Numbered from the stretch's first letter, positions 25,641 through 39,306 are shown. The stretch: DNA of 64,000 nucleotides from Eledone cirrhosa (GCA_964016885.1 OZ024742.1:296980001-297044000); one strand, 5' to 3'. The notes: generated by a model not told the origin, from the letters alone. Numbers and translations are program-made.

Positions 25641-25659
25641 AAAATATAAATTTAGTCGT

Positions 25660-27756
25660 ATGCCATAGATGATAACTGGAATTTCTTACGTGACAACTTA
25701 CTACAAGCTACTGAAGAAACTTGTGGCTAGAGCAGAGCTCTGACCAGACAGAGAGTGACCTGGTGGTGGAACAGCACGGTACATAGGGCCATTAGAGACT
25801 AGCATGGAACGCTTGGAAAAATGGGGGGAGTAGAGAAGGATACACAGCCGCTCTGAGAGAAGCTAGACGTCAGGTGTACTTAGCATGTTAGCCAATGTTC
25901 TGCGACAGGAAGATCACAGACGTGCGGTGCAGGGTAGTGTGTCAGTGTACATCAGGATGTTGTTGGAGATAAGTGTGTCCGGAATTATGCTGGTGTACTT
26001 AGTGTCATGAATGATCAGAAAAAGGAGGCCTGGAAATGTCATTATGAGAGACTGATGAATATGGAGAACGAATGGGAGAGAAAGAAATTACCCTCAGTAG
26101 ACCCGACAGAGGGACCAGTTATTGAGATTGACGAATATAGGGTCCAAGAGGCAATTAAGGAAATGAAAAATGGTAAGGCTACTGGACCATCGGCGATAGT
26201 TGCTGAGATGATGAAGGCAACAGAAGTAGGCACTAAACTGGTTGCATGCATCATCAATTAAGCTATATATGGCGGTGTGATACCCAAAGACTGGTGCAGC
26301 AGTATTCTCACAAATTGCTTCTGGAAAGGAGCAATTATAGGGGCATAAAGCTGATGGATCAGGTTATGAAAGTGGCCAAGAGAATATTAGCGCAACTGAT
26401 TAGAGAAAGAGTCAAATTAGCTGAGATGCAGTTTGGTTTTGTGCCTCAGAAAAGTACAACAGATGCCCTCTTCTAAGTGAGACAATAAAGTGAGGGTAGG
26501 AATGGAGTTTAGTGAGGAATTCCAGATACAAGTAGGAGTACATCAGGGTTCGGTCCTCAGCCCGCTCTTCTTCATTATAGTTCTCCAAGCCATAACAGAG
26601 GAGTTTAAAACTGGCTCCCCATGGGAACTTCTCTATGCTGATGATTTGGTTCTTATAGCAGAATCAGTAGAGGAGCTAGAGAAGAAATTCTGGCTATGGA
26701 AACAGCAGTTGGAATCAAGAGGACTGAGAGTGAACATAACTAAGACAAAAGTGTTGATAAGTAGAAAAGAGGACAAAACTCTGATTGCATCAGGGAAATG
26801 GCCATGTTCGATATGTAGAAAAGGAATTGGCATGAATTCTATAAAATGTATACAATGCAGATCTTGGGTACACAAGAGATGTAGTGGCATAGCAAGCAAA
26901 CTAACAGTTCGGGAAAACTACGTATGCAGTAGATGTACAGGGAAATTTGACAGTGGTAATCGCAGTGGTAGTGACATTTTTCAAATGCAGGTGGGTTCTA
27001 TAGAAGTGGTTGATAGCTTCCGGTACCTATGTGATCAGATTAGCATGGGAGGGGGGTGTTCCGAGGCCATAGTATCTAGAATAATTGTTTCTACTTTAGG
27101 CACAAGGCCAGCAATTACCCAGTGCTTTACTGGTACTTTATTTTATCAACTCCGTAAGGATGAAAGGCAAAGTTAACCTCGGCGGGATTTGAACTCAGTT
27201 CGTAAAGGGACGTAACACAGAATAATGACGGCTTGGAAGAAGTTTAAGGAGTTGCTTCCTCTGTTTACAAAGAAGGATTTCCCCCTGCGTTTGAAAGGCC
27301 AGTTATATGATGCCTGTGTGAGATGTACGATGCTGCATGGTAGTGAGACATGGGCAGCAACTACAGAGGATATGCGACGGCTGGAGAGAAATGAAGCAAA
27401 CATGCTCTGCTGGATGTGCAATGTGCGTGAACGACCAAGTATAGATGAGTTGAGAGAGAAACTGTGTATGAGAGGGATAAGTTGTGGCGTGCAGGAGAGA
27501 AGACTGAGATGGTATGGACATGTGATGCACATGGAGGATGGCCGCTGGGTAAATAAGTGCCAAGAAATCCCAGTAGAAGGAAGACGCATTAGAGAAAGAC
27601 CACGAAAAACATGGGCAGAGGTGGTGAGAGACCTCAGATCGCTGAAGCTCACGGAGGAGACGACTAAGGACCGTGACAAGTGGAGAGATGCTGAATAGGA
27701 CCCATCCCACCCTTGCAAGCAGGGAAAAACAGACGTAAAATGATGATAATGATGAT
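25660..27756 (+). mobile_element. 5'-truncated, internally deleted RTE LINE (second family) with PHD-like finger
   Basis: ORFs 26007-26261, 26246-26476, 26490-27176 and 27225-27698 are homologous to the first RTE. Deletion near 26484, SINE inserted at 27086, short 3' end with (TGA)n. Confidence 0.9.
27086..27218 (-). mobile_element. 5'-truncated SINE family A inserted in the RTE ORF
   Basis: TSD agaataat at 27078-27085 and 27219-27226. Removing the SINE restores the frame IVSRIMTAWKKF. Confidence 0.9.
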
Positions 27757-28760
27757 GTGTGTGTGTGTATGTATATATGGAAGTAGGCGTTTTAAAGGCC
27801 AGTATACTTGAAATGTTTTAACCTTTACTGAATAAACACTCAATAAATGTAAGCAGAGAGAAAGGTGGCAGTGACTTTAAAGTTACAGCTATTACTTCAT
27901 CTAACAGGCAGATGAAATAATAGCTGTTAGAAATATATAGATATATATCAGCATCATAATAACCATTTTTCGGTACTATTCAGTCACTTCTTTGACAAAA
28001 GCTGAAAAATATCATCAAATCTGAATCTGATAACCGAGGGAATTCCTGAATAGACAGTGGTAAGCCAATTTCAGAAAAAAAGATTGGTTAGCTTGTTCTA
28101 CAGCAGATATTGGTAAACCAGTTCCAGAACAGATACTGATAATCTAGTTCTAGCACAGATATTGATAAGTTAGTTCCAGCCCAGAAATTAGTCAACCAGT
28201 TCCTGAATACTCTGATTTCATATGAGAACTTTTGCAAAGAATTGTTAATGATGAAAATGAAACCTCTAATACACGACATGATGCTAGCCAGTTTATGAAT
28301 CAATTTTAACTTTTAATTACCCGATCTTTTGCTTAGGTTTAGGAATAAAATTCTTATTCAGATTGTCCATGTACAAAAAACATTCCAAGACAAAACTAAC
28401 AATAATTCAAGATTGACCTTGTAATTTAAAGATCCAATGAGGATATTTGTAAATAGTTGAGACACATTGATCAGCGAATTGCTTGAAGAAATGCTGAAAT
28501 TATGTGATAAATGGGATATCTACGTAAAATGAAACCCATACAGAGGAAACCTGGTGAATAGTCATGGGTGTAGAGTGAACTGTGATGGCAGAAATGCTGA
28601 TAATAAAGGAAGATAGCTTTGATCATTTCAGGAATAAATTGGAAGAAATATTCGTCAATCTCCATGACTTGCATCTAAATTTGAATTCTTTTAGAAGCCA
28701 GAAGATTTAACAAGAACGAAAGCAATGACATTCATAACCCATTTCAAAGTAAAGTGGTCT

Positions 28761-28905
28761 TAACCTATAGCATATATAGAGAGATGTGTCTCGTCTCAAA
28801 CTATAGCATATATATACAGATGTGTCTTAACCTATAGCATATATAGACAGAGATGTCTGAATTTATAGCATACATAGATATATTTGTCTCAACCTATAGC
28901 ATATA
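28761..28905. repeat. ~30-bp minisatellite (aacctatagcatatata..gatgtgtct), about 5 units
   Basis: Direct observation. Confidence 0.85.
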
Positions 28906-29899
28906 TTGATGGATAGGTGCATTATAAAGACTTCTTGGGATTGTAAAATATTTCTAAAACAAATATTTTAGGCATCAGCACCAAAGCTATGCTGGAGCAC
29001 CACCCTCATATGTTTCGATCTTTATGAGTTATTTGGGAAATTTCTTGCTTCCAGATCATCAGAGAATGTCAATATGTATACAACTAATTTCTGTTTTATT
29101 TCAACTAATTGTATTGAACATTAATATATACAATTGAATCTCCAAGGAACTGGTGTAAAATATTGCATATTTCTCAGTGCTGATTGTAAATTATATAGGG
29201 AGCATTCCGATCTGTCTTATGTTTAAGGAAATCTTTATGCTGGGTTGCATTATGCATGTTTTTCACAAATGTTAGGTAGTATCTTGATTGTATTTATATA
29301 TTGCTCTGCTATCAAATAATTTCCATTTTCTAACTTATCTTAACATGGCAGGCATTTATTGTTACAATATGCTAACATATAATCATCTCTATTTAATATG
29401 GTATCTATAGTTTGTCATTGTTCTGAAGGTGGTAAAGTATACTAGAATATATAATAGGATATAAACAAAGTTAGCATGTGTCTTAGTTGATGTTGGTATT
29501 ATTATTATACAATTTGTGAAATAAATGTCTATGTACAATATTTTGTTGATAAAGAGAGGGATTTACAACCAAATTTTCATTGAGATTATTTCATCTGCTA
29601 CAGTAGTTTCTCATGAAATGTTATGATATTCTAGGTATACTCTGAAAGCCATATTATTTCTCTCTTTCCATTAATCATCATCATTAATAAGTCTCATTCT
29701 TCTTTCTGTATAAGCTGTTGAAGGTTATACAAGATATTCTGAAGCAGTTTACCTACAATTACATGCTCTTCCTCATGAAAAGGTTGGTTATATACAGTTG
29801 ACCATTGTAAAATTAGAAAGTTGTGGGGCATATTATGTGAGGCATAAACAAACATCACTACTTCTTTGAAACAATGCTTTTATGAAAAGATGCATGGAG

Positions 29900-30571
<672 letters not shown>

Positions 30572-30574
<3 letters not shown>

Positions 30575-30980
30575 CAAGGTTTAGCAAATAAGAAAATGTT
30601 TCAAAATAAATTTCAAAAAATTCACTGTACTTACTATGGTTACCTTTACCGAGTCGGTTTCGAGTCTCAAAAGTAAATGGACAGTCCTTGCGGGCTTCCA
30701 TTGAAAAGATAAACTCTCGTCAGAAGGTTCTTTTCACTCGGAGAATATAAAATTCCCGAGTTCAAATTACGAACTGGCGCTATTCAAAATTGTTCCCGAG
30801 ATGAGAATGAATGATGTGGAAGCAATTCTGTCCAATGCCGTGTGCAAAGATAGTAGGCAGAGGCAGGGAGGTCAATCTACCACCACTATAAATAGCAGTA
30901 GTCAAAATGACCAAATTTTATCTCGACCAAGAGGAGGTAATAATAATAAAGTATATATCCCTACACGCAAAAGCGTACAT
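30572..30980 (-). mobile_element. Non-coding ~400-bp insert in (TA)n carrying a hammerhead; probable solo Penelope-type pLTR or retrozyme-like monomer
   Basis: CpG-containing unique segment bounded by TA repeats, with an intact hammerhead core. A splice-donor-like GTAAGT lies just 3' of the ribozyme on the minus strand. Confidence 0.6.
30642..30728 (-). ncRNA. Type I hammerhead ribozyme, apparently intact
   Basis: Minus strand: helix I ACCTT/AAGGT; core CTGACGA; helix II GAGTTT/AGACTC, extended by AATGGA/TCCATT and a GCAA-capped stem; GAAA; helix III ACCGA-c-TCGGT; cleavage triplet GTA with the predicted cut between 30647 and 30646. Confidence 0.88.
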
Positions 30981-31098
30981 ATATATATACATAATCATCA
31001 TCATCATTGTTTAACGTCTATCTTCCACGCTAGCATAATGTTATTACATAAATAATTTTTGTGATTTGCCTTACTTTTTTCTTAACATTATTCATTGT

Positions 31099-31188
31099 TG
31101 ACTTTGCCTTTCATCCTTACGGGGTCGATAAAATAAAGTACCAGTAATGCACTGGGTAATTGCTGGCCTTGTGCCTAAAGTAGAAACA
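31099..31188 (+). mobile_element. 5'-truncated SINE family A
   Basis: TSD attattcattgt at 31087-31098 and 31189-31200. Confidence 0.9.
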
Positions 31189-31289
31189 ATTATTCATTGT
31201 GTGAATAAATTGTAATTGTTTGATGTCTTCATGTATTTTGTAGATTTAGTTTTCCAATATGTACACAACGGGAAAATGATTTAATAGGT

Positions 31290-31535
31290 ATGTGACTTAA
31301 TAGTTAGCGCAATCTTGTTTTTGAGCAAGATACCTTATTTTACATTGCTCTAGTCCACTCAGCTGTCAAAAATGAGTTGTATCTGTAAGTCATAAGACTA
31401 GACTTGTTATTCACTGAATCATGCTCAATCTCCCTGAGAACTACATTAAGAGCTCATGTGTCTGTGGAATACTCAGCCACTTACATGTTAATTTTGAAAG
31501 CAAGCTGTTCCATTGATCGGAAAACTGGAACATCG
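31290..31535 (+). mobile_element. SINE family B copy
   Basis: ttgagcaagataccttattttacattgctctagtccactcagctg...aatactcagccacttacatgttaatttt...aactggaac. Confidence 0.7.
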
Positions 31536-31597
31536 AAATAAACAATGTTTGAAAACACAATAGAAATTTTCGGATGGATTTTTATTGTTATTATATA

Positions 31598-32411
31598 CTA
31601 GCAGTAAAGCCCGGCGTTGCTCGGGGTCGCTCAGTAGCTGTGTTAAAGTTACAATGTTAAGTTTCTTTTTTGGCTTAAAAACTGTAATGTCTACTGTGCA
31701 GACTTGCATGTGGTGTTTTTGATTAATATTCCCTCAACCAACAATATGCCTTATGAAGTTAAGAAAACATAACGATAACCCGAATGTTATAACAAAAGAG
31801 GATGCTGGGGATAAAAACTGCACTGGTTATTTATTAACAAAGATCGAAAATGTAAACACTGCAACGCAGAGAAAAACATTAGCGTAACCAAATTATCAGT
31901 TATGTCTGTCTGCACGCCTATATCACCTCTCTGCACGACTGTCTGTCTGCACGCCTGAAATATTTGCTTGTTTTACGTAGTCTTTAAATAGACTTGTTTT
32001 CAAGTAAAAATATTGTTTTAAAATGCTTTTAAATGGAAATGAAGCAAAACGGAAGCTTAGTGTTCGAACTGATGAATTTTGCAGGTCAATATTTTGCTGG
32101 CTCGACAACTGTTCGTGTATTGTGTTAATGTCATTTTAAACGCTGAGAAAGCCAGCGTAATTTTTTACGTAAGACGCTCAATGTAAACAGAACAAAGGGA
32201 AATAACTGATAACTTACGCTCAAAAATCGATACATTATATTCGATTTCGTCACATAGGGTGGGTCAATTTGAAATATTTTTTTCCGATGTCTTCGCTAGG
32301 GCTCAATGTACAAGTATAGCAATTTCGGTGCAATTCCGTGAGAGATTCTAAGAGGAGATGTGTGCCAAAAATCGATAGACAGACAGACAACCACAGTTTT
32401 ATATATATAGA
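31598..32411 (-). mobile_element. Non-autonomous Helitron (second family)
   Basis: Minus strand starts A|TCTATATATATAAAACTGTGGTTGTCTGTCTGTCT and ends with the hairpin CCCGAGCAACGCCGGG plus CTAG|T. Confidence 0.85.
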
Positions 32412-32730
32412 TTATTCAAGGTAGAAGCAGAAAGTCTGAAAGGTTGAGTGAACACATATAATATACATATATATGTTTTACCCCTTCCCCTCCTCTTGGT
32501 GCTATGCCATTAGTCTTGACATTCCATTCATATGCTGAAGGAGGATGGTGAAAGTAGCTATGCGGTTAAGAAGTTTGATTCACAACCATGCAATTTGAAG
32601 TTCAATCCTACTAAATGGCACACAATACTGCCTTAGAAATGTCTCATCTAACCCATATTGCCATTGAAAACAGGTGCAAAAATGATGATGATGATGATGT
32701 ATAATAAAAACGATAATAATAATATTAATA

Positions 32731-32908
32731 ATTGTTTCTACTTTAGGCACAAGGCCAGCAATTACCCAGTGCATTACTGGTACTTTATTTTATCGACCCC
32801 GTAAGGATGAAAGGCAAAGTTAACCTCGGCGGGATTTTAACTCAGATCATAAAGGGACGTAACTATGCTGGAAAGCATGGCGTCCGACCCTCTACCGATA
32901 CTGCCAAT
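32731..32908 (-). mobile_element. SINE family A abutting the 3' end of the Tx1-like LINE
   Basis: Near-identical to the reverse complement of 7711-7894. Confidence 0.9.
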
Positions 32909-33166
32909 AATGCTTTGTTTATTAACCACAAGGCTTTACACAAAGTAAGACATTAAGGACAATACAGGACAACACAGTACGGTACAAATGGGCATTTTTG
33001 CGTGTAAAAAAAACAAAAACAGAGGATGTAACAAAAAAAGAAACAATGAAAAATTCCCCAATAGAAGGGGGACTTCTGAGGGACATTCGTGGAGAAAGCC
33101 CATTAAAAAAGCCACGGTTACCCTGACCACCAGGGCAAGTGCCCTCTCCCAGTTTTCAACTTCAAT

Positions 33167-36100
33167 TTACAGGCACATACTCAGAGGGTCATTCTTGCCT
33201 CTCACACGGGCCATTTTTGCCACGCTCACCCATCTTTCAACAACGTGCTGGGAAGAGAGCACTTCCCTCTCTACCCTGGTTTTCCTTTTCAAATGAAATT
33301 TGAAAAAGTTAATCAGGGCATCACCGAAGAGGTAGGTGCTCGTCTTCAGCCCTTTCAAACGCGTCCACCATACTATCACTTTGGTCATAGCCACCAGAGA
33401 GATAAAAACTGCCTGCCCTTCCCGGCTAAAGGAAGAGGCCGGAGCAATCCCCACGATGGACTCAGCAGATATCCGGATCCGGATCGGTCCTACATGCGAC
33501 AGCAGGTGTTCGACATAAACACACAAGTCAGCAATGCTCGGACACTGGACGAGTGCGTGCAGGACGGTTTCGTCGCCTTGCGCGCATCTCGGACATGCCC
33601 GGCTGACGGCACCTCCGTGACTGTAGAGTTTATCCGGAACTGGCAAAGCTCCTCAGTAGCACTGCCAGGCCAGGGATTTCTGGAAGTTGTCCATAGGCCC
33701 CGGCCCGAAAGTTCTTCCGAAGATATTGGCTAGTTGATTGTCGTCGATGCCTAGAGTTTTCCCAAGTACGTCGTCGCTCCTCCCTTCCACTAATCCTCTA
33801 TAGAACGCCAAGGTGGAGTTTCCACCGATCACATTGCCCGACTGGTCGAGGGCTGTGAGCACCTGAATACATTCCAATCTCCAAGCGCTTCCTCTCGGTC
33901 TTCGCTTGACCCAGGACTGCAGCTCCGTCAAGGAGACGAGCGAGGGAAAGACGCGTCTAGCAAACGGCGACCACACCTGATCACCGTCGAGGAAGAGGTG
34001 GAGATGTAGCCTGAGCGCGTGTCTGCACATCATCAGCCACGGCAATCCCAGCCCTCCACGTAGCGAGTGTTGACAGCAGGTGGACCGCCTGCTGACCATT
34101 GGAGCGCGTCCCTTCCACAAAAAGCGAAAGAGCAAATGCTCCAGCGCAGTCAGGCGAGGCTTAGGACAAGGCACGACGGTCAGGCGGTAGTAGATGACGG
34201 ACGCGATGTACGCATTCGCCACCTCCGCTCGACCTTCTAGCTTCAAATCTGCCCATTTCTGGGTGAGAGAAGCCATCTTGCTCATCACCTCGTCCCAGTT
34301 TTTGTCCGTCTGGAGGTCCGGACCGAACCAGACCGCTAGCAATTTAACCGGTCCGTCCGTCCAGCGCCCGACGACGCTGGTGGACGGCATGGACCTGCCT
34401 CTCCAGGTGCCGAGCTGCAGGCCCACCGACTTTTCCTGGTTGATCATTGCTCCTGCCACCGTCTTATGTTCTTTAGGGTAGTGCCGATCGCCTCTATGTG
34501 TTTGGCGTTCAACACCACTACGGTGACATCGTCTGCGTATGCTGACACGGATCTTCCGTATCCTAGTTGGCGCGGGACCCCCCCCCCCTCAACGTCTCCA
34601 GTTTGTGCAGTAATGGTTCGAGAGTAAATACGTACAACAGAGACGAGAGCGGACATCCTTGGCGGACCGAGCACATGATGTTGAACGGTACCGAAAGGTG
34701 ACCGTTTACTCTCACCACAGAGCAGAAGTCGCTGTGCATGGCTGCTATCCAACCTCTGAAGACGGGCCCAAAGCCAGCCACTCTCAAGACTACCGCCAGA
34801 TAACGATGGTCTAACCTATCGAAAGCTTTCGACTGATCTAAATTGATCAAGGACCCACCCGTGCCAGGTTCCCTAGCTACCCTCTCCACAATGTATCGCA
34901 TGAGGTGGAGGTTGTCCTGGATAGATCTGTTTGGAATGGTGCATGTCTGCGCCTCTCCCACCAGACCACCAACGACAAGCACCAACCTCTTTGCTAGCAT
35001 CTAGGCCAAAATCTTGAACTCTGTGTTTAGCAGAGTTATGGGCCTGAAATTATCTATGTTATACCCCTTGTTCGGATCCTTTCTCAGCAGCACCACCGCT
35101 CCTCGGCTCACAGAGCTGGGAATTCTCCCGTTCTGTTTCCAGTTGAGTAGACGTCCGCCAAGAGGCACCCGAACAAGTCTGGCATCTGTACGTAAAGTTC
35201 ATAGGGCAAACCATCCAAACCAGCGGCTGTTATCGTCTTTTCGCAACACTCCGCCTTAGTGGCCGAGAGCCACAGCAGTCCGTCGAGGTAGGCACTAAAG
35301 TCCATCCCTCGATCCACCCCGCCGCTGCCCCGAACAGCTGAACGAAGTGTTGCTGAAAAGCTTCACACATTTGCCCGGGATCGAGTAGCATGCGCCTGTC
35401 GTGGTCCAACAAAGACCGGATCGTGGCTTTATTGCCACGACGCGCCTCCGCCACTCGGGCCCATTGAACAGCATTCGTCCCCTCGTGTCTGAAAGCACGC
35501 ACCCTTGCTCTGACAACGCAGCCTTTGTGCTTTGAATTGAACAATTGGTCAAGGGCCAATTTCGCCGCAAGTACGTCGGTCGTGATGCCTTTACTAATCG
35601 CCTCGTCTAATTTTCTAACTAGTTCTCCCTCTGTTCTATTTTTCTCTATTGCTAAAGCCTTACTAAACCTAATGGACTCTACTCTAATCGCTCTTTTCAG
35701 AGCAAACCACCATTTGTTGTTGACGATGGCCCCCGTCAACGCCCGCTTAACTAGCTCGCTAATCCGGTCTCTGTAGTCCTTGCGCGCTGTTAATGACGCG
35801 TTTAGTTTCCAGTAGTTGGGTCCTTGTCTATGAAACCTATCTAAGTCAACCTCACAGATCACGAATTTGTGGTCCGTGTAGTCGACTATTTTGAAATGTG
35901 GACAGCCTATGCTAGACCTATCTATTTTCCTACAAAATACCCTAACTAGATATGATCTGGAAGTCCCGATGCGGTTTGTCCTTGTCCACATTGGCACATT
36001 CGGGAAATCCAGACGGTACCTGTCAGACAATTGAAGCCGTCTGAGCAGGTTTGTGAGGCTTTTACACCCTCCTCCCCTATCCGCTAATCCCACACAGTCC

Positions 36101-36499
36101 CAACGTGCATCTAAGATCCCGTCCCAGTCGCCCACTAACACTCAGGCCACCCTGCTCCTGTGGGGGCATAGACGGCCACTAGCCTGAAAGCTTGCCCGTC
36201 TACGTTGGTCACGTCCAGCACCACCAACCTTCTAGGTCCAGGAAGATGGCCCATATGGTAAGATCCAAATCTCTCCGAAAAAGCACAGCAACTCCTCCCC
36301 ACGATCCAGGGCGGCTAGGAGATGCGTACACATCGTAGCTGCCGAAGATCGGAGAGAAGTCTCGTGCTTCGGAGATTCTGGTCTCGCTGATGTCCACCAC
36401 ATCTATGTTTAGTGACCTGAGGTCATTGGGGAGGTGGCACTGCTTCCATGACGACCCCAGGCCACGCACATTTTTGCTGCCTATTCTGAGTGAGCTCAT
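33167..36499 (-). pseudogene. Tx1-like ORF2 (APE + RT + zinc-binding C-terminus), multiple frameshifts
   Basis: Collinear ORFs 36209-36499, 35230-36141, 35108-35317, 34563-35000, 34444-34752, 33653-34459 and 33167-33646. Confidence 0.88.
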
Positions 36500-36799
36500 G
36501 TTGAAAAGGAGTGGAAAAAGATGGGAAAGACCACTTACCTCACTTCTCGTAGAGGAAGGATGGTTTCTCCATCCTTATCACTGCTTGTGGCTTCCTCCGG
36601 AAGGATGTCCTTATAAATCCCCCTGGAGAGTGTTTGTCGGAAGTCTCCGAAGTCCTTGGGGGAATTTTTGTTTTAGTGACGTGTACGTTTTCTGTGTGAT
36701 GCAAGTGATTTGTATGTATGGAGGTGGTATTAATTTTTGGGATGTTGTGTAGTCTTTTTCTGTGATGCTGGTATTGTGTTGGATGTAGTGTAATAATTG

Positions 36800-36983
36800 T
36801 TTCTACTTTTGGCACAAGGCAAGCAATTACCCAGTGTATTACTGGTACTTTATTTTATCGACCCCGTAAGGATGAAAGGCAAAGTTAACCTCGGCGGGAT
36901 TTGAACTCAGAATGGCAAGGGCCGTAACTCTATGCGTCAAAGCATGGCGTCCGACCCTCTACCGATACTGCCAATCCACCGCT
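36800..36983 (-). mobile_element. Full-length SINE family A inserted into Tx1 copy 1
   Basis: TSD atgtagtgtaataattg at 36783-36799 and 36984-37000. Confidence 0.92.
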
Positions 36984-37187
36984 ATGTAGTGTAATAATTG
37001 GTTGTTGTTCAAATTTAATGCTGTGTAGTGTGTAACGTTTTGGTTGTTTTGTTTTGTTTGCGTTTGTTGTGGTTTGTTTCTGTTTCGCTTTTTGGTGATT
37101 TTTGTGGTGTTGGTGATGGTGGTTGTGGGGTTAATAATGGTGATGGTGCTGGAGTTTGTGGTGATGGGGCTGGTGATGCTGGTGATG

Positions 37188-38647
37188 CTAGTGTGGGTGG
37201 TGGCATAGCTGTCTTAACTTTTTTCTTTGCTTATTTGTTTCCCCCTGCATTTTGTTTTTGGAAGGCGAAGGAAGAGGCGCTTTTTTTTGGCGGGGGGGGG
37301 GGTCTTTTTTTCTTTTTCTTTTTTCCTGATACCATTTCTCCTCGTCACAATCTATCTCCAGTTGCGATAGGTCGGGAAGTGGAAAATTCTCCACAGCCGT
37401 TGGTTTTGGTTGTGGCATGGTGGATGGTGGAGGCGCTGGTACTAATTCTGGCGTGGTGGGTGGTGATGGTGTTGGTTTTGCTACTGTTGCTGGGGTTGTT
37501 GCTGCTACAGTTGTTGCTGCCATTTCTGCTGCTGGTGGTTTTGATGGTTGAGTCACTGGGGTGAGTAGGAGAGGGGGCTTCAACTTTTTAGCACGAGGGC
37601 AGAAAGCCTTCAAGTGGGTTCCTTCGCCACAATCGACACACCTAGGCCTTCTACCCTCAACGATTACGGTGAGGTGACTGCCGTCATTGAAGTCTATCAC
37701 CTCTGGAATTTGCTCAATGTTGTTTTGGTCAGCTTGGATCAGGAGCTCCATCCCAGATCTGGACCAGTTTTCCTGCTTTTCTTTTGTTACCTCAATTATT
37801 TTCGTGTTGGCCTCTATACCAGCGAGGACGGCAGCCATTATCCAGGGAATTTCGATGGCCGGCGGAACGTGGGTCACCCTGATCTTCACGAGTCTCTGAC
37901 CACAATAGCTTGGGACGAGTGTGAATTCGTAACTTTTTAATGGGGCCATGGAGGGCTCTCTGGCTTCCTGTGGTGTTCCAAAGAATACGTCCACGGTCCC
38001 ATATTTCTGCCCACATCTGATGTGGGGTTTTTTCGCCCACACATGTCCCAAAGCTTTTTGTATCTGGGACTCGGATGCCCATTCCACTCGGCGTGATTTT
38101 GTGTTTATCGTTCGATATGACACGGTACATAGGCGCCGATGCTCCATTTTATTAGATGGGGGATGAGGCTAAACCTGTACCCATCTTTTTTACCATTCTC
38201 TTGGCTTCATTTAATTCATCCTGGCTTACCTCGATTGTTTCGCTTTTCTTGGCTGCTTTGTCAAACGACACATTTTGTTTTGCGCTGGGGTTGATGTTGT
38301 TGTTGTTATTGTTATTTTTAGTTTCAGTTGTGGTGGTAGTGGTGGCGTTAGTGGTGTTTGGCGTGGAAGAGTCGATTCTAGGTGAATCCATTTCGATGTC
38401 ATGAGATAATAATTTTTTTTTGTTTCTGTTGTCGCTGTGGTGGTGGTGGGGGAGGCGGCTTTAACACCTGCAGTTATTGGTAATGGCGGGAAATGAATGT
38501 CTGCATATGACAAATTTAAATTATTGCCACTGCTTATATTTTTAGTGTTGGCAAACGTAGTAATGTCTACAATGGTGGTGTTGGTGGTGGTGGGAGGTGA
38601 TGGTTTGTTAGTTGTCTGTCAGCTTTGTGTAGCTGAGTGCCGTCCAT
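37188..38647 (-). pseudogene. Tx1-like ORF1 (zinc knuckle, Pro/Thr-rich), disrupted
   Basis: ORFs 38226-38513, 38152-38391 and 37188-38147. Probable ATG at 38647; homologous to 43443-44707. Confidence 0.8.
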
Positions 38648-38861
38648 GTTTTTTCAAAGAAAGTTTTTGTTTGATAATTATAAAAGTTTAAAATGTTGGG
38701 CTCAAGGCCCCAATATTATTTACTGTCCTTTCCAGAAAGCAATATATGTGAACTTATAAACACTTAACAACAAAAATTTTCCATAACTGGCAATTTGAAA
38801 CAACTGAAAACAACAAACCTTTGCGGAGCTCACGATAATACGATTTCCTACGTAGATCGCC

Positions 38862-38929
<68 letters not shown>
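38862..38929. repeat. (AAT)n microsatellite between retroelements
   Basis: Direct observation. Confidence 0.97.
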
Positions 38930-38930
<1 letters not shown>

Positions 38931-39291
38931 GATCGTGCCTGATTGTGGATGTGGCCTGCCCATTCGACACGAGAGTGCAAGAGAAGGAGAGGGAGAAAAT
39001 TAATCGATACCAGGACTTAAAGTGGGAGGTAAAAAGGATTTGGAACTGCTATGAAGTCAAAGTGGTCCCGATTGTCATAGGCGCACTAGGTACTATCTCA
39101 AAAAGTTTCCAGGGAGGGTTAAAGAAAATTGGCCCCGCCACGCTTTTTGGAACGCTTCAAAAGGCATGCTTGCTGGGAACAGCAAGAACCCTCCAATACG
39201 TCCTGAATATCTGAGGCTGCAGGTAGTGGCTTGATATTCATTTCAACAAACTTTCCAGTTAACTAACATCGATGACTGAGACTCAAAGAAC
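38930..39291 (+). mobile_element. 5'-truncated R4/Dong-clade non-LTR retrotransposon (RLE C-terminus + 3' UTR)
   Basis: DVACPFD..EKEREKINRYQDLKWEVKRIW..VVPIVIGALG..LQKACLLGTARTL is the typical R4/Dong restriction-like endonuclease end. Flanked by (TAA)n on both sides, the known Dong target. Confidence 0.85.
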
Positions 39292-39306
39292 AATAATAAT
39301 AATAAT

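Larger units (their letters stand above)
32909..38861 (-). mobile_element. Full-length Tx1/L1-clade LINE copy 1 (ORF1 + APE-RT ORF2, disrupted)
   Basis: ORF1 has a CCHC knuckle (CVDCGEGTHLKAFC). ORF2 has GSKNVRGL, ISET, GDW, TDH, GLDGLPYELY, DQSKAFDR, SVRQGCPLS, YADD and C-terminal CPRC..ETVLHALVQC. The 5' end abuts (AAT)n. Confidence 0.92.
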
